A DNA stretch of 64,000 nucleotides from positions 59,137-123,136 of the forward strand of contig CACGNF010000001.1 in NCBI GenBank assembly GCA_902574345.1, written 5' to 3'. This DNA is from an uncultured Pelagibacteraceae bacterium (GTDB lineage Bacteria > Pseudomonadota > Alphaproteobacteria > Pelagibacterales > Pelagibacteraceae). Of this stretch, positions 29,498 to 42,040 are shown one piece after another (within the stretch, counting starts at the first letter, position 1; each line of letters opens with the position of its first letter). The notes under the pieces were generated by a model, which was not told the DNA's origin, ran no database searches, and saw only the letters and a list, made by a program, of their open reading frames with translations. A program made the translations under genes and the position numbers.

Positions 29498-32164
29498 ATG
29501 GCGGATAAATCATTAAATGAAATAAGAAGTACGTTCTTAAAATATTTTGAAAAGAATGATCATAAGATTGTTGAGTCTAGTAATTTAGTTCCAAATAATG
29601 ATCCGACATTAATGTTTGCTAATTCTGGAATGGTTCAGTTCAAGAATGTATTCACCGGTTTAGAAAAAAGAGATTATCAAAGAGCAACCACTTCCCAAAA
29701 ATGTGTCAGAGCAGGAGGTAAACATAATGATTTAGAAAATGTTGGTTATACCCCAAGACACCATACTTTTTTTGAAATGTTGGGAAATTTTTCTTTCGGG
29801 GACTATTTTAAAGAAAGAGGAATTGAACTTGCATGGAATTTAATCACTAAAGATTTTGGTTTAGATAAAAATAGACTTTACGTAACAGTTTTCCATGAAG
29901 ATGATGAAGCCTTCAATTTTTGGAAGAAAATAGCGGGTTTTAGCGATGATAGAATTATCAGAATTTCGACATCAGATAATTTCTGGTCAATGGGCGAAAC
30001 AGGTCCTTGTGGACCTTGCTCAGAAATATTCTATGATCATGGTGATCATTTAAAAGGTGGTTTACCCGGAACAAAGGATCAAGATGGAGATCGTTTTATT
30101 GAAATTTGGAACTTGGTATTTATGCAATATGAACAAGTTTCAAAAGATAAAAGAATAGATTTACCCAAACCATCTGTAGATACCGGAATGGGATTAGAGA
30201 GAATAGCTGCTCTTTTACAAGGCACACACGACAATTATCAAACTGATCATTTTAAGAAATTAATAAGTTCGATATCAGATGTAACTAGAGTTAAACAAGC
30301 TGATAATAATATATCGAGTTTTAGGGTAATTGCTGATCACTTAAGAGCAAGTTCATTTCTTTTAGCTGAAGGTGTTCTACCATCCAATGAGGGTCGTGGA
30401 TATGTCTTAAGAAGAATTATGAGAAGAGGTATGAGGCATTCTCATTTACTAGGATCAAAAGAACCTATTTTTTACAAAATTTTTGAATCTTTAAAAAATG
30501 AAATGTCTGGAAATTATCCAGAGTTAGAGCGATCTGAGTCTTTGATAACAGAAACATTAAAAATGGAAGAAGAAAAATTTTTAGTTTTACTTGATCGAGG
30601 AATTAAAATTCTAAATGATGAAATTTCAAAAATTGATAAAGTGTTATCAGGTGATGTAGCTTTTAAATTATATGACACCTATGGTTTTCCATTAGATCTC
30701 ACAGAAGATATTTTAAAAAATAAATCATTAAAAGTTGACCATCAAAAATTTGATGAGTTGATGAAAAAAAGTAAAGAACTTGCAAAAAAGAATTGGAAAG
30801 GTTCTGGGGACAGCTCAGAGGAATCAATTTGGTTTTCAATTAAAGATAAAACTGGTCCTACAGAATTTTTGGGTTACGAGTCTAATCAATCCGAGGGAGT
30901 AGTGTTAAATTTAATTAAAAGCAATCAGGAATCAAAATCATTAGCTTCTGGAGAAGAAGGAATGATTATAACCAATCAAACTCCTTTTTATGGTGAGTCA
31001 GGAGGACAACTTGGTGATAAAGGCACGATAGTTTCTGGAAATTCAGTTTTTGAAGTTGAGGATACACAAAAAAAACTTGGAGATTTATTTGTTCATTATG
31101 GATCAGTTAAAACTGGAGAAATTAAAATTAATGATGTAGTTGAAATGAAAATCGATGTTGATAGAAGAAACAATTTAAAAGCTTATCATTCTGCAACTCA
31201 CTTACTTCATGAGTCTTTAAGAAGAACTTTAGGTAAGCACGTGATGCAAAAAGGATCATTAGTTGCACCAGATCGTTTGAGGTTTGACTTTAGTCACATG
31301 AAACCGATTACTAATGAGGAATTAGAAACAATAGATAAATTAGTTAACGAATACGTTAAAAATGGTTCTGAAGTGACCACAAGAATTATGACACCTAAAG
31401 CTGCAATAGAAAAGGGAGCGCTAGCTTTTTTTGGTGAAAAATATGGTGAAGAAGTTCGTGTCGTTTCAATGGGGAAGGAAAAAGATGCTTATTTTTCAAC
31501 GGAATTATGTGGTGGAATACATGTAAAAAACACTGGAGATATTGGAAAATTTAAAACAGTCAGTCAATCATCTATTGCTGCAGGAGTAAGAAGAGTTGAA
31601 GCTTTAAGAGATAAACAGCTTGAGGATTTTATTAAGAATAAAGAAAAGCTATCGACTTTATCGGTACAAAAAGATGAGGAGACTATCAAAGATTTGTCAT
31701 CACAAATAATGAAACTTGGAGGTAAACCGAAAGTTGATAATAAAGATTTAAAAGAAATAATAAAAAATCTTTCAAAACAACTTGAACAATTGAATGTTAA
31801 CTCGGTTCTTCAAGATAAAACAAAAAATATTATTAATGATCAAAAAATAAAAGACATAAAAGTTCGATTTCAAAAAGTTCAAGATTTACCCCCTAAAGAT
31901 TTGAGAAAATTAGTTGATAATGGAAAAAAAGAGCTTGGTGATGGGATTGTAATTGTTTTTGCAAGTAGTGAGGATAAAGTTGGATTAGGAGTTGGTGTTT
32001 CTGAAAAGCTAGTTGATAAATATGATGCCGTAAAATTTGCAAAATTAGGTTCAGAAATTATTGGTGGCAAAGGTGGTGGTGGTCGAAAAGATTTTGCCCA
32101 AGCAGGGGGACAGGATAAAAACAAAATTGATGAAGCTTTTGAAAAATTAAAGGCTTTAATTTAG
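29498..32164 (+). CDS. alaS: Alanine-tRNA ligase
   Basis: [31 protein letters not shown] editing motif, ELCGG, GGKGGG. Confidence 0.99.
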   Translation: MADKSLNEIRSTFLKYFEKNDHKIVESSNLVPNNDPTLMFANSGMVQFKNVFTGLEKRDYQRATTSQKCVRAGGKHNDLENVGYTPRHHTFFEMLGNFSFGDYFKERGIELAWNLITKDFGLDKNRLYVTVFHEDDEAFNFWKKIAGFSDDRIIRISTSDNFWSMGETGPCGPCSEIFYDHGDHLKGGLPGTKDQDGDRFIEIWNLVFMQYEQVSKDKRIDLPKPSVDTGMGLERIAALLQGTHDNYQTDHFKKLISSISDVTRVKQADNNISSFRVIADHLRASSFLLAEGVLPSNEGRGYVLRRIMRRGMRHSHLLGSKEPIFYKIFESLKNEMSGNYPELERSESLITETLKMEEEKFLVLLDRGIKILNDEISKIDKVLSGDVAFKLYDTYGFPLDLTEDILKNKSLKVDHQKFDELMKKSKELAKKNWKGSGDSSEESIWFSIKDKTGPTEFLGYESNQSEGVVLNLIKSNQESKSLASGEEGMIITNQTPFYGESGGQLGDKGTIVSGNSVFEVEDTQKKLGDLFVHYGSVKTGEIKINDVVEMKIDVDRRNNLKAYHSATHLLHESLRRTLGKHVMQKGSLVAPDRLRFDFSHMKPITNEELETIDKLVNEYVKNGSEVTTRIMTPKAAIEKGALAFFGEKYGEEVRVVSMGKEKDAYFSTELCGGIHVKNTGDIGKFKTVSQSSIAAGVRRVEALRDKQLEDFIKNKEKLSTLSVQKDEETIKDLSSQIMKLGGKPKVDNKDLKEIIKNLSKQLEQLNVNSVLQDKTKNIINDQKIKDIKVRFQKVQDLPPKDLRKLVDNGKKELGDGIVIVFASSEDKVGLGVGVSEKLVDKYDAVKFAKLGSEIIGGKGGGGRKDFAQAGGQDKNKIDEAFEKLKALI

Positions 32165-33370
32165 CTTCTGTTTAAGATTGTTATCAATTACATCCAGAAA
32201 TTGATTAGTTGTTAAATATTTGCTTGAAGGTCCAACCAATATTGCAAGATCTTTTGTCATGGAACCATTTTCAACACTTTCAATACAAACTTTTTCAATT
32301 GTATTTGCAAATTTGATAAGTTCGTCATTACCATCAAGCTTTCCTCTATGTGCCAATCCTCTTGTCCATGCAAAAATTGAGGCAATCGGATTAGTTGAAG
32401 TTTCTTTACCTTGTTGGTGCATTCTATAATGTCTAGTTACTGTACCATGAGCCGCTTCTGCCTCCATTATTTTTCCATCAGGTGTGAGCAGTGTACTTGT
32501 CATTAAACCAAGTGAGCCATACCCTTGAGCCATGGTGTCTGATTGGACGTCACCATCATAATTTTTACATGCCCATATATACTTGCCACTCCATTTCATT
32601 GCGCACGCTACCATGTCATCAATTAACCTGTGTTCATAAGTAATTTTTGCATCCTCAAATTTTTTCTTGAATTCTTTATTATAGACCTCTTCAAATATAT
32701 CTTTAAATCTCCCATCGTATTTTTTTAGAATTGTATTTTTAGTTGATAAGTAAACTGGCCAATTCTTAATTAATCCATAACTAAAACAGGATCTTGCGAA
32801 ATCCTCGATTGATTTATCTAAATTATACATTGAGAGTGCAACACCTGGACCGGTAAAATTAAATACTTCATATTTAATTTCATCTTTTCCATCTTCAGAG
32901 GTCCATTTTACTTCCATCTTACCTTTGCCAGGCACTTTGAAATCTGTTGCTCTATATTGATCTCCAAATGCATGTCTCCCGATCACTACTGGATCAGACC
33001 AAGAGGGCACGAGTTTTGGAATATTAGAACAAATTATGGGTTCTCTAAATACAGTCCCTCCAATGATATTTCTAATAGTTCCGTTTGGAGATCTCCACAT
33101 TTTCTTTAATTTAAACTCTTCAACTCGTGCTTCATCTGGAGTTATGGTTGCACATTTGATACCAACACCAATTTTTTTAATTGCATTAGCAGAGTCGATA
33201 GTGATTTGATCATCAGAGTCATCTCTACTTTTCATTCCTAAATCGTAATATTTGATGCCAAGATCTAAATACGGAAGTATTAATTTTTTCTTGATAAATT
33301 CCCAGATTATTCTGGTCATTTCATCGCCATCTAACTCTACTATTGGGTTTTTAACGCTAATTTTGCTCAC
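32156..33370 (-). CDS. icd: NADP-dependent isocitrate dehydrogenase
   Basis: [36 protein letters not shown]. Confidence 0.97.
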   Translation of the reverse strand: MSKISVKNPIVELDGDEMTRIIWEFIKKKLILPYLDLGIKYYDLGMKSRDDSDDQITIDSANAIKKIGVGIKCATITPDEARVEEFKLKKMWRSPNGTIRNIIGGTVFREPIICSNIPKLVPSWSDPVVIGRHAFGDQYRATDFKVPGKGKMEVKWTSEDGKDEIKYEVFNFTGPGVALSMYNLDKSIEDFARSCFSYGLIKNWPVYLSTKNTILKKYDGRFKDIFEEVYNKEFKKKFEDAKITYEHRLIDDMVACAMKWSGKYIWACKNYDGDVQSDTMAQGYGSLGLMTSTLLTPDGKIMEAEAAHGTVTRHYRMHQQGKETSTNPIASIFAWTRGLAHRGKLDGNDELIKFANTIEKVCIESVENGSMTKDLAILVGPSSKYLTTNQFLDVIDNNLKQKLN

Positions 33371-33444
33371 TTATATTTTTATCTTAATAATTGAATTTCG
33401 CGATTTTATATACATATTAATGACAAATTATCAAATAGAAGAAT

Positions 33445-34092
33445 ATGTTTAGTAAGATATTTCCAAAAATTCACGCTGAAGGTTATAAATTTTTAGTTAT
33501 AGCCGGAATAATCACAATAGTATTTTATATTTTTAGTAATTTCTTAGGTCTTATTGGTTTAGTCTTAACTATTTGGGTTTATTATTTCTTTAGAGATCCA
33601 GAGAGAGTTATTATAGATGATGATAATTATCTTGTTAGTCCAGCAGATGGTGAGGTGATTAAAGTTGAAGAAGTTGATGGGCCTAAAGAACTTGGTCTAG
33701 AGAATAAAAAATTTAAAAAGATTAGTGTTTTCATGAATGTCTTTGATTGTCATGTAAACAGAACCCCATGTGCAGGGAGGATTGAGGAAATTTTATATAA
33801 GCCAGGCAAGTTTGTAAATGCTTCATTAGATAAAGCAAGTGAGGATAATGAAAGAAATTACTTTAAAATTAAAGATCCTCACAATGATGATATTATAGTT
33901 GTTCAGATAGCTGGACTGGTTGCACGAAGAATAGTTTGTGAGTCAAACAAAGATCAAGAGTTGAAACAAGGAGATCGTATTGGCATGATACGATTTGGTA
34001 GTAGAGCTGATATATATTATGAAAATTATGAGCCACTTGTGAAAGTTGGTCAAAAAGCTATCTCAGGTGAGACACTACTTGCAAAAAAATAA
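33445..34092 (+). CDS. psd: Phosphatidylserine decarboxylase proenzyme
   Basis: FFRDPER, SPADG, HVNR, RFGS cleavage motif. Confidence 0.93.
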   Translation: MFSKIFPKIHAEGYKFLVIAGIITIVFYIFSNFLGLIGLVLTIWVYYFFRDPERVIIDDDNYLVSPADGEVIKVEEVDGPKELGLENKKFKKISVFMNVFDCHVNRTPCAGRIEEILYKPGKFVNASLDKASEDNERNYFKIKDPHNDDIIVVQIAGLVARRIVCESNKDQELKQGDRIGMIRFGSRADIYYENYEPLVKVGQKAISGETLLAKK

Positions 34093-34093
34093 T

Positions 34094-34897
34094 ATGGAAC
34101 AAAAAAAACCAAATCTTAAAATTGTAGCGGATAAAAAAAGCGCAAGAATGATTTTACCAAATATGTTAACCTTGATGGGCGTATGTATTGGTTTAAGTTC
34201 AATTCGATTTGCTTTGGACGGAAGATTTGAAATAGCAATTATTGCAATAATTTTTGCTGCTTTGATTGATGGCTTAGATGGAAGAATAGCAAGACTTATA
34301 AAAGGAACCTCAAAAGTTGGAAAAGAATTAGATTCTTTGACGGATGTAATAAGTTTTGGGGTAGCTCCAGCATTTATAATGTATTTCTGGAAATTAAATA
34401 CCTTAGGCCGATTTGGCTGGTTACTATGTTTAGTTTATGTAATTTGCGTAGCTTTAAGATTAGCAAGATTTAATGTTAATTCTAATCAAGAACCTTCATG
34501 GAAAGATAATTTTTTTGAAGGAGTACCATCTCCAGCAGGTGCTATATTATTATTAACTCCACTAATAATAAGCCTGAGTGGTTTTGATTATATTCAACTT
34601 AATTTTAATATTATCGTTCCAATATTTTTTGTGGTAACATCATTGCTTCTGATTAGTAAATTTCCAAGTTATTCATTTAAAAAAATTGTCATACCAAGAC
34701 GGACAACAATATTTTTATTATTTGGTATAGTTCTATTTTTTGGACTATTGTTAGTTTATACATTTAATGTAATTGCAATAAGTTCTTTAGTTTATGTGCT
34801 TTTATTGCCAATTAGCTTTTTTCATTTTCAAAAATTAAAAAAACAACATGAAAATGACAAAATTCAAGAGGATGATGATCTTGAAGACATACTTTAA
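34094..34897 (+). CDS. pssA: CDP-diacylglycerol-serine O-phosphatidyltransferase
   Basis: DGLDGRIAR...G.ELDSL.D CDP-alcohol motif, RLARFN; adjacent to psd; start moved to ATG 34094. Confidence 0.92.
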   Translation: MEQKKPNLKIVADKKSARMILPNMLTLMGVCIGLSSIRFALDGRFEIAIIAIIFAALIDGLDGRIARLIKGTSKVGKELDSLTDVISFGVAPAFIMYFWKLNTLGRFGWLLCLVYVICVALRLARFNVNSNQEPSWKDNFFEGVPSPAGAILLLTPLIISLSGFDYIQLNFNIIVPIFFVVTSLLLISKFPSYSFKKIVIPRRTTIFLLFGIVLFFGLLLVYTFNVIAISSLVYVLLLPISFFHFQKLKKQHENDKIQEDDDLEDIL

Positions 34898-35808
34898 TGA
34901 AAAAAAACACAATAGTTTCTCTTGCTGATGCTAACTATTTTCCTTTATTAGAGGAATTAATTAATTCTATAAAAAGATTCAAAGAAAGTGAAGATGTTGC
35001 GATCTGTATTTTAGATGCAGGCTTAAATAAAGATCAAAAAGAAAAATTATCTACTAAAGTAGATGAAATTAAATCTGCAGAGTGGGATATTGAAGTTCCT
35101 CAATCTAAAGTTAAAGAAAAGGAATGGCTTAAAAGCCAAGTTTCAAGAGCATTTTTACCTAAATATTTTCCAAACTATGAAAAATATTTGTGGATTGATT
35201 GTGATGCTTGGGTAAATGATTGGAGTTCTGTTGAGCTTTATTTTCAAGCTTGCGACAATGGTAAGTTGGGTATTACACAAACAATAGGACCAGGTTACAA
35301 AATCACCTCAAAAGTAAATTGGTTATTTGGAAAATTAGCAATAATCAAATCCCAGAATTTTAAACATGCAATAAAATCAAAAATTGGTACTGACAAAGCT
35401 AGAAAACTTGCTTTTGCTCCACATATTAATATTGGTGTGTTTTCTTTGGAAAAAAACTCAAAAGGGTGGAGCTTGTGGCAAAACAATTTATCAGAAACAC
35501 TAAAGGCTGGGAATATTTTTGGTTCTGAAGGACTAGCAATTAATATGTCAGTCTATATTGATGATCTTGAAACAGAATTTTTACCTTTAAATTGTAATTG
35601 GATCACTAGCAATCTTTTACCAAAATATGATGAAAACCAAAAAACATTTGTAGAACCTTATCTTCCCAATTACAAAATAGGTATAATGCATCTTGCAGCT
35701 GGAATATGGAAAGATGGTAAAGATATGCGGGTAGATAAAAGTATAAAAATAGAATTAGAAACTTTAGATAATAAAAAGATTAACAAAAGTTTAAGATTTG
35801 ATATTTAG
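34897..35808 (+). CDS. GT-A glycosyltransferase (GT8-like)
   Basis: ADANY, WIDCD DxD motif, INIGVF. Confidence 0.65.
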   Translation: MKKNTIVSLADANYFPLLEELINSIKRFKESEDVAICILDAGLNKDQKEKLSTKVDEIKSAEWDIEVPQSKVKEKEWLKSQVSRAFLPKYFPNYEKYLWIDCDAWVNDWSSVELYFQACDNGKLGITQTIGPGYKITSKVNWLFGKLAIIKSQNFKHAIKSKIGTDKARKLAFAPHINIGVFSLEKNSKGWSLWQNNLSETLKAGNIFGSEGLAINMSVYIDDLETEFLPLNCNWITSNLLPKYDENQKTFVEPYLPNYKIGIMHLAAGIWKDGKDMRVDKSIKIELETLDNKKINKSLRFDI

Positions 35809-36420
35809 TTGAAAAAAAATAAAATTTCAAAAAATTGGATTAATAAACAAAGAAGAGATACTTATGTTCGTCAATCCAAAGTGGATGGTTATAGAGCTAG
35901 ATCTGCATATAAATTAATTGAAATTGACGAAAAGTTTAAAGTTTTTAAGGGTGCAATTTCTGTAATAGATATTGGTGCTGCACCAGGAAGTTGGTCTCAA
36001 TATGCTTCAAAGGTTGTAAAAAATGGAACAATTATCTCGATAGATCTAAAAAAAATGGAAAAAATTAAAAACACTATTCAAATTGAAGGTGATTTCACAG
36101 AGCCCAATATTCAAGAGAAAATAAAAAAAAATCTCAACAATCCAATTGATGTGGTTATGTCTGATATGGCAGTAAATACGACTGGAATAAAAGATGTTGA
36201 TGCAATCCAAACAGGAGAGTTATGTAAAGAGGCGATGGTATTTTCAAAAGATGTAATATCTGAAAAGGGTATTTTTATTGCTAAAATATTTATGGGCAGA
36301 TCTTTTAATGAAATTGTCGCACTAGGAAAAAAAATTTTTAAAGAAGTAAAGGTTTTTAAACCCAAGTCGAGTCGTAAAGACTCTAAAGAGAATTTTATTA
36401 TTTGTAAAAATCTTAGATAG
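35809..36420 (+). CDS. rlmE: 23S rRNA Um2552 methyltransferase
   Basis: YRARSAYKL, DIGAAPGSWSQ, SDMA, KPKSSR. Confidence 0.95.
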   Translation: MKKNKISKNWINKQRRDTYVRQSKVDGYRARSAYKLIEIDEKFKVFKGAISVIDIGAAPGSWSQYASKVVKNGTIISIDLKKMEKIKNTIQIEGDFTEPNIQEKIKKNLNNPIDVVMSDMAVNTTGIKDVDAIQTGELCKEAMVFSKDVISEKGIFIAKIFMGRSFNEIVALGKKIFKEVKVFKPKSSRKDSKENFIICKNLR

Positions 36421-36457
36421 ACACTTTTAATTTAAAAGGAATCATATATAAAAGATT

Positions 36458-37534
36458 ATGGTTCCTATAAAAGAAGCACTTACCTTTGACGACGTTACTT
36501 TAGTTCCTAAGTACTCTGAAATATTACCCTCAGAGGTTGATACGAGTATCAAATTAACAGACTCATTAAAACTTAAAATCCCACTTTTATCATCAGCAAT
36601 GGATACCGTAACCGAAAGCAAAATGGCTATTGCTATTGCAAAATCTGGTGGACTAGGAATAATCCACAGAAATTTAGATATCAAAAAACAAGTTCTTGAA
36701 GTTAAGAAAGTAAAAAAACAAAAATTACTAGTAGGTGCAGCTGTGGGAGCAGGACCTAACGAGTTCAAAAGAGCTGAAGAACTATTAAAAGAAAAATTGG
36801 ATATGATTGTTGTGGACACTGCTCACGGACATACCAAAAAAGTTTCTGAAATAATTAGATTTATCAAAAAAATTAAAAATAAAAAAACAGCTCTATGTGC
36901 TGGAAATATAGCAACACCAGATGCAGCTAAATTTTTACTTAAATTAGGCGTTGATATAATTAAGGTTGGGATTGGTCCCGGTTCTATCTGTACAACTAGG
37001 TTGGTCGCGGGTATTGGAGTTCCTCAATTAAGCGCAATATTAAATGTGAGAAACGGCATAAAGAGTAAAAATGTTAAAATTATCTCTGATGGGGGGATAA
37101 AATACTCAGGTGACCTCGCTAAAGCTTTTGCTGCTGGCGCTGATGCAGTCATGATAGGTTCATTGTTTGCAGGAACTGATGAAACACCAGGTAAACTCAT
37201 AAAAAAAAATGGTAAACTATTTAAAAGTTTTAGAGGCATGGGCTCGGTAGGAGCGATGAACAAAGGCTCGGCTGATCGATATTTCCAAAAAAAACAAAAA
37301 GACAGTTCAAAGTATGTGCCCGAGGGAGTAGAAGGATTAGCAAAATACAAAGGTAAAGTTGATAGAGTTGTTTTTAAATTAGTTGGTGGATTAAGATCAT
37401 CTATGGGTTATCTTGGTTCCCAACAGATAAAATATTTAAGACATAAACCGCAATTTGTTAAAATTACAAAAGCTGGATTTTATGAGAGTATGGTTCATAA
37501 TGTCGATATCGTTAAAAGTGATAGTAAATACTGA
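36458..37534 (+). CDS. guaB: IMP dehydrogenase lacking the CBS subdomain
   Basis: [33 protein letters not shown]; only 358 aa. Confidence 0.96.
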   Translation: MVPIKEALTFDDVTLVPKYSEILPSEVDTSIKLTDSLKLKIPLLSSAMDTVTESKMAIAIAKSGGLGIIHRNLDIKKQVLEVKKVKKQKLLVGAAVGAGPNEFKRAEELLKEKLDMIVVDTAHGHTKKVSEIIRFIKKIKNKKTALCAGNIATPDAAKFLLKLGVDIIKVGIGPGSICTTRLVAGIGVPQLSAILNVRNGIKSKNVKIISDGGIKYSGDLAKAFAAGADAVMIGSLFAGTDETPGKLIKKNGKLFKSFRGMGSVGAMNKGSADRYFQKKQKDSSKYVPEGVEGLAKYKGKVDRVVFKLVGGLRSSMGYLGSQQIKYLRHKPQFVKITKAGFYESMVHNVDIVKSDSKY

Positions 37535-37974
37535 TGACAAAAATATTTAAATTAATTTCTTTATTATATTTAATAATCAATAGCATGAGTATTGCTATAG
37601 CGGATGAAAATTTTTTTAACAAAGGTTTAGAATTATTCAAAAATAAAAAATATGAGGATGCTAGGTTTATGTTTGAAAGAGGAATAGTATTTAATCCTAA
37701 AGACTCAAATTCTTATCTTTATTTAGCAAAAATTTACAACATTCAAGAAGATCAAGATAAAGAAGAAAAAAATTTGGAAGCAACATTATTAATTGAACCT
37801 AATAACGAGGAAGCAATATTAATGTCTATGAAAATAGCTTTAGAGAGATCTAATTATTCAAAAGTAAAAGATTTATCTAATACTTTTTCTAAGGTTTGCA
37901 AAAAACTCTGTAATGAAAATAAAGAAATTTTAGACACCCTTGCAAATATAGAACCCAAAAAAAATGAGTCTTGA
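37534..37974 (+). CDS. Exported TPR protein
   Basis: Signal peptide and TPR-like helices. Confidence 0.75.
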   Translation: MTKIFKLISLLYLIINSMSIAIADENFFNKGLELFKNKKYEDARFMFERGIVFNPKDSNSYLYLAKIYNIQEDQDKEEKNLEATLLIEPNNEEAILMSMKIALERSNYSKVKDLSNTFSKVCKKLCNENKEILDTLANIEPKKNES

Positions 37975-39526
37975 TAAGAATTTGAACAAAATCTTAATAA
38001 TAGATTTTGGTTCACAATTTACTCAGTTAATAGCCAGGCGAATAAGAGAGTCGGGAGTTTATTCCGAAATTATTAGCCATAAAAAGGTTAAAAATAAAAA
38101 TATTGATAATTCAATTAAAGGAATAATTTTATCAGGTGGACCATTAAATGTTTACCAAATTAATAAATATTCGTTTGATAAAAGGATTATCGAAAATCAA
38201 ATACCAGTCTTAGGTATTTGTTTTGGTCATCAAATTTTATCAAAACTTAATGGTGGCAGAGTTAAACAATCAAAATATAGAGAGTTTGGATTAGCGAATA
38301 TTCGCAAAAAGAGAGAAAGCATTTTGACAAAAAACTTCTTCAATAAAAAAAATATTAATAAAGTTTGGATGAGTCATGCTGATCAAGTTTCGAAACTTCC
38401 CAAAAATTTTAATGTTATTGCCTCAAGTCAAAACTCAAAATTTGCTATTATCGAAAATAAGAAAAAAAATTTTTATGGTGTCCAATTTCATCCCGAAGTT
38501 ACCCATACAGAAAATGGAAAAAAATTAATAAATAATTTTATATTTTTGATATGTAAAATTAAAAGAAATTGGTCATCAAAAGATCAAAAGATAAAATTGA
38601 TAAAAGATGTTCAAAATTTAGTCGGTAAAAATAAAGTAATATGTGCATTATCAGGTGGAGTTGATAGCAGTGTTGTCGCTCAACTATTAAATAAAGCAAT
38701 CGGCAAAAAATTATTTTGTATCTTTGTCAACACAGGTCTTCTTAGAAAAAATGAAGAAATACAAGTAGTTAAAACTTTTAAAAAAAAATTGAAAATTAAT
38801 CTGATTTATGTAAATGCGGAGAATGAATTTTTGAGAAAGCTTAACAATGTTTCTGATCCAGAGAAAAAAAGAAAAATAATTGGAAATTTATTTATCAAAA
38901 TTTTTGAAAGATACGCTAAAAGAATAAAAAATGTAAAATTTTTAGCACAAGGAACGCTTTATCCTGATCTGATTGAAAGTAAGTCAGTGACCGGGAGCCA
39001 AACTTCAAAGATTAAATCTCATCATAATGTAGGTGGTTTACCAAAAAAAATGAAACTCAAACTGGTAGAACCATTGAAATTTTTATTTAAAGATGAAGTT
39101 AGAAAATTAGGATTAGAATTAAAACTTAGTAAAGAAATTATCTCAAGACATCCGTTTCCAGGACCTGGACTGGCTATCAGAATGCCTGGCATTATTACTA
39201 AAGAAAAAATCAAAATTTTAAAAGAAGCTGACAATTATTTTATTCAAGCTTTAAGAGATCACAATTTGTATAATAAAATTTGGCAAGCCTATGCTGCATT
39301 GCTTCCAGTCAAAACGGTAGGTGTTATGGGTGACAATCGAACGTATGAATATTTGTGTTTATTAAGAGCAATTACATCTGAGGATGGAATGACAGCTGAT
39401 TTTTATGACTTCAAAAAATCATTTATTCAAATGATTTCAAATAAAATTGTAAATAGCATAAGAGGAGTAAATAGAGTAGTTTATGATGTTACATCTAAAC
39501 CGCCGAGCACCATTGAGCTTGAATGA
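37964..39526 (+). CDS. guaA: GMP synthase (glutamine-hydrolysing)
   Basis: [36 protein letters not shown]. Confidence 0.98.
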   Translation: MSLDKNLNKILIIDFGSQFTQLIARRIRESGVYSEIISHKKVKNKNIDNSIKGIILSGGPLNVYQINKYSFDKRIIENQIPVLGICFGHQILSKLNGGRVKQSKYREFGLANIRKKRESILTKNFFNKKNINKVWMSHADQVSKLPKNFNVIASSQNSKFAIIENKKKNFYGVQFHPEVTHTENGKKLINNFIFLICKIKRNWSSKDQKIKLIKDVQNLVGKNKVICALSGGVDSSVVAQLLNKAIGKKLFCIFVNTGLLRKNEEIQVVKTFKKKLKINLIYVNAENEFLRKLNNVSDPEKKRKIIGNLFIKIFERYAKRIKNVKFLAQGTLYPDLIESKSVTGSQTSKIKSHHNVGGLPKKMKLKLVEPLKFLFKDEVRKLGLELKLSKEIISRHPFPGPGLAIRMPGIITKEKIKILKEADNYFIQALRDHNLYNKIWQAYAALLPVKTVGVMGDNRTYEYLCLLRAITSEDGMTADFYDFKKSFIQMISNKIVNSIRGVNRVVYDVTSKPPSTIELE

Positions 39527-40296
39527 AAAAAATAAAAAAGATTATAAATAAAAAAAATAAATCTAAAATTGTTTGCCTTACTGCGTATTCAAAAAATATT
39601 GCGGAAGAGGTAGATAAATATGTTGATATTGTATTAGTGGGAGACTCGCTAGGTTCAGTCTTGTACAATTATTCAACTACCAGAAAAGTTACTCTAACAG
39701 AAATGATCAATCATTCTAAGAGCGTAAGACTTGGAGTAAAAAAAAGTTTAATGGTTGTTGATATGCCATTTAACACCTATTCAACATCAAACGCTGCTCT
39801 AAAGAATGCTAAAAAAATAATTAAGGAAACCAAGTGTGATGCAGTGAAGTTAGAAGGTGGAAAAAAAATAATCCATCAAATTAAACTATTAACCAAAAAC
39901 CAGATTCCTGTGATGGGCCATCTTGGATTATTACCTCAATCAACAAAAGGCAAATTTAAATCTAAAGGAAAGACTACTAAAGAGATTAATCAATTAATTA
40001 ATGATGCTTTATTACTTCAAAATAATGGAGTTTTTGCAATTGTCCTGGAGTGTATAAAAACACCAATAGCAAAACAAATTACAAAAAATTTAAATATCCC
40101 AACAATTGGAATTGGTTCATCTGTTCATTGCGATGGTCAGGTTCTTGTTACAGATGACTTAATTGGTTTAAATCAAACAAAAATAAAATTTGTTAAACGA
40201 TTTCTAAACGTAAAAAAATATATCAATACCGGATTAAGAAAATATGCTTCAGAGGTAAGATCTAAGAAATATCCAACTAAAAAACACTCGTATTAA
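39523..40296 (+). CDS. panB: 3-methyl-2-oxobutanoate hydroxymethyltransferase
   Basis: [30 protein letters not shown]. Confidence 0.95.
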   Translation: MKKIKKIINKKNKSKIVCLTAYSKNIAEEVDKYVDIVLVGDSLGSVLYNYSTTRKVTLTEMINHSKSVRLGVKKSLMVVDMPFNTYSTSNAALKNAKKIIKETKCDAVKLEGGKKIIHQIKLLTKNQIPVMGHLGLLPQSTKGKFKSKGKTTKEINQLINDALLLQNNGVFAIVLECIKTPIAKQITKNLNIPTIGIGSSVHCDGQVLVTDDLIGLNQTKIKFVKRFLNVKKYINTGLRKYASEVRSKKYPTKKHSY

Positions 40297-40904
40297 AAAT
40301 ATTTCTTAAATTGTTCATTGATTGATAAAATTTCTAAGTCTACTAAACCTCCAATTACTAACTGAAGGGCCACTAAAAGAATAAAACCTAAACCAACATA
40401 GGCAATCCATAAATGTTTTTGAATATAACTTGCGAGATATGTCGCCATTGCCCCTGTTAGAATTACTGATAAAACTAGTCCAAATATCATGAAGCCAAAA
40501 TTACCTTTGGCAGCTCCAACTACACCTATCACATTGTCAAAACTGATCGTTATATCTGCAAATAAAACTTTATAAACACTTTGAATATAAGATGGTTCTT
40601 TAGATTTTTTGGTTGGTGATTTTACTTTCTTTATTTCAAAAAGATCTTTTCTTAAATCATTAACGATCCAGATTAAAAGTAAACCACCTAAAATTTTAAT
40701 AAAATAAAATTTAAATAAGTAAGTTGCAAATAACGCAAAAATAACTTTAAATATTAAAGCACCAGCCACTCCCCATAAAATAATTTGTCTTCTATGTTTT
40801 GGTGCAAAGTTTGCAGCAATCAAACCAATGATAATTGCATTATCTGCAGCCAAGATTATATCGATAAAAATAATCTGAACTAATATGAGCGCATCTTCTA
40901 ACAA
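40293..40904 (-). CDS. TerC family (YjbE-like) membrane protein
   Basis: DIILAADNA and ADITISFDNV motifs. Confidence 0.88.
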   Translation of the reverse strand: MLEDALILVQIIFIDIILAADNAIIIGLIAANFAPKHRRQIILWGVAGALIFKVIFALFATYLFKFYFIKILGGLLLIWIVNDLRKDLFEIKKVKSPTKKSKEPSYIQSVYKVLFADITISFDNVIGVVGAAKGNFGFMIFGLVLSVILTGAMATYLASYIQKHLWIAYVGLGFILLVALQLVIGGLVDLEILSINEQFKKYF

Positions 40905-41017
40905 AGTAAGAGTATAGTATAAAATATTTAAAATAATTCAATTAAAAGTAGTATTATTTTTTTATTGATAATTATTTTAATACATAATGAAATAGTCTTA
41001 ATAAAAATGGAGGACAA

Positions 41018-41989
41018 ATGAAATTCTTAAAATATTTATCAACTATTTTAGTTTCATTAATTTTGTCAATTAATCTTGCAATTGCAGAGAAATGGGACAT
41101 GGCTCTAGCTTATGGAGCGGGGAACTTTCATTCTGCAAACGCAGCTGAATTCGCAAAAAATGTTACTGAAAAAAGTGGTGGCAAGTTAACAATTGTAACA
41201 CACCCTGGTGGTTCGTTGTTTAAAGGTGGAGAAATTTTTAGAGCAGTAAGAACAGGTCAAGCTCAAATTGGTGAGAGATTTATGTCAGCTTTAGGAAAAG
41301 AAGATCCACTTTTAGAAGTAGACTCCCAACCTTTCTTAGCAACGTCTTACGCTGATGCAATGAAGTTATATAAAGCATCAAAAGACGAAATCGTGAAAGG
41401 ATTAGACGAGAAAGGCTTAGTATTTCTTTATGCTGTGCCGTGGCCAGCACAAGGCTTGTATAGTAAAAAGGAAATTAACTCTGTTGAAGATTTAAAAGGT
41501 CTTAAATTTAGAGCTTATAATTCTGCTACTATTAGAATTGCCGAGCTAACAGGAATGGCTCCTACAAAAATAGAGGCTGCTGAAATTAGTCAGGCGTTTT
41601 CTACAGGTGCAGTAGAAAGTATGATCACATCACCGACTACAGGTAAAAACTCAAAAATTTGGGAAAATGGTGTGAAATATTTTTATGATATTGCAGCTTG
41701 GTTTCCAAAAAACATGATAATTGTGAATAAAGATGCTTGGAATAAATTAGATCAGGCAACTAAAGATCTTGTTATGAAACAAGCAGCTTTAGCTGAAAGA
41801 AAAGGTTGGCAATTATCAAAACAAGGTAACGTTGGTGATAAAAAAGCTTTAGCTGCTGCTGGTATGGTAGTCGGTAAAGTAAATGCACCACTACAAGCTC
41901 ATTTTGAAAAAGTTGGAGAGACTATGGCTAAGGAATGGTCTCAAAAAGCTGGTTCAAGAGGAGCTGCTGTTTTATCAAGTTATAAATAA
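41018..41989 (+). CDS. dctP: TRAP solute-binding protein, probably for L-pyroglutamate
   Basis: Signal peptide, HPGGSL, DLKGLKFR; GGAGG RBS; linked to pxpABC. Confidence 0.9.
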   Translation: MKFLKYLSTILVSLILSINLAIAEKWDMALAYGAGNFHSANAAEFAKNVTEKSGGKLTIVTHPGGSLFKGGEIFRAVRTGQAQIGERFMSALGKEDPLLEVDSQPFLATSYADAMKLYKASKDEIVKGLDEKGLVFLYAVPWPAQGLYSKKEINSVEDLKGLKFRAYNSATIRIAELTGMAPTKIEAAEISQAFSTGAVESMITSPTTGKNSKIWENGVKYFYDIAAWFPKNMIIVNKDAWNKLDQATKDLVMKQAALAERKGWQLSKQGNVGDKKALAAAGMVVGKVNAPLQAHFEKVGETMAKEWSQKAGSRGAAVLSSYK

Positions 41990-42003
41990 TTCAATTCTTA
42001 AAA

Positions 42004-42034
42004 TTAAGGCCACTTTAAATTTGAGTGGCCTTAA
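42004..42034 (+). terminator. Intercistronic hairpin after dctP
   Basis: TTAAGGCCACT...AGTGGCCTTAA 11-bp stem, no strong T tail. Confidence 0.65.
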
Positions 42035-42040
42035 ATTGTT

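Noticed and set aside
36437-36466. dif-like site
   Set aside because: Arms are separated by 10 nt rather than 6 and match XerC/XerD consensus poorly; better read as an RNA hairpin
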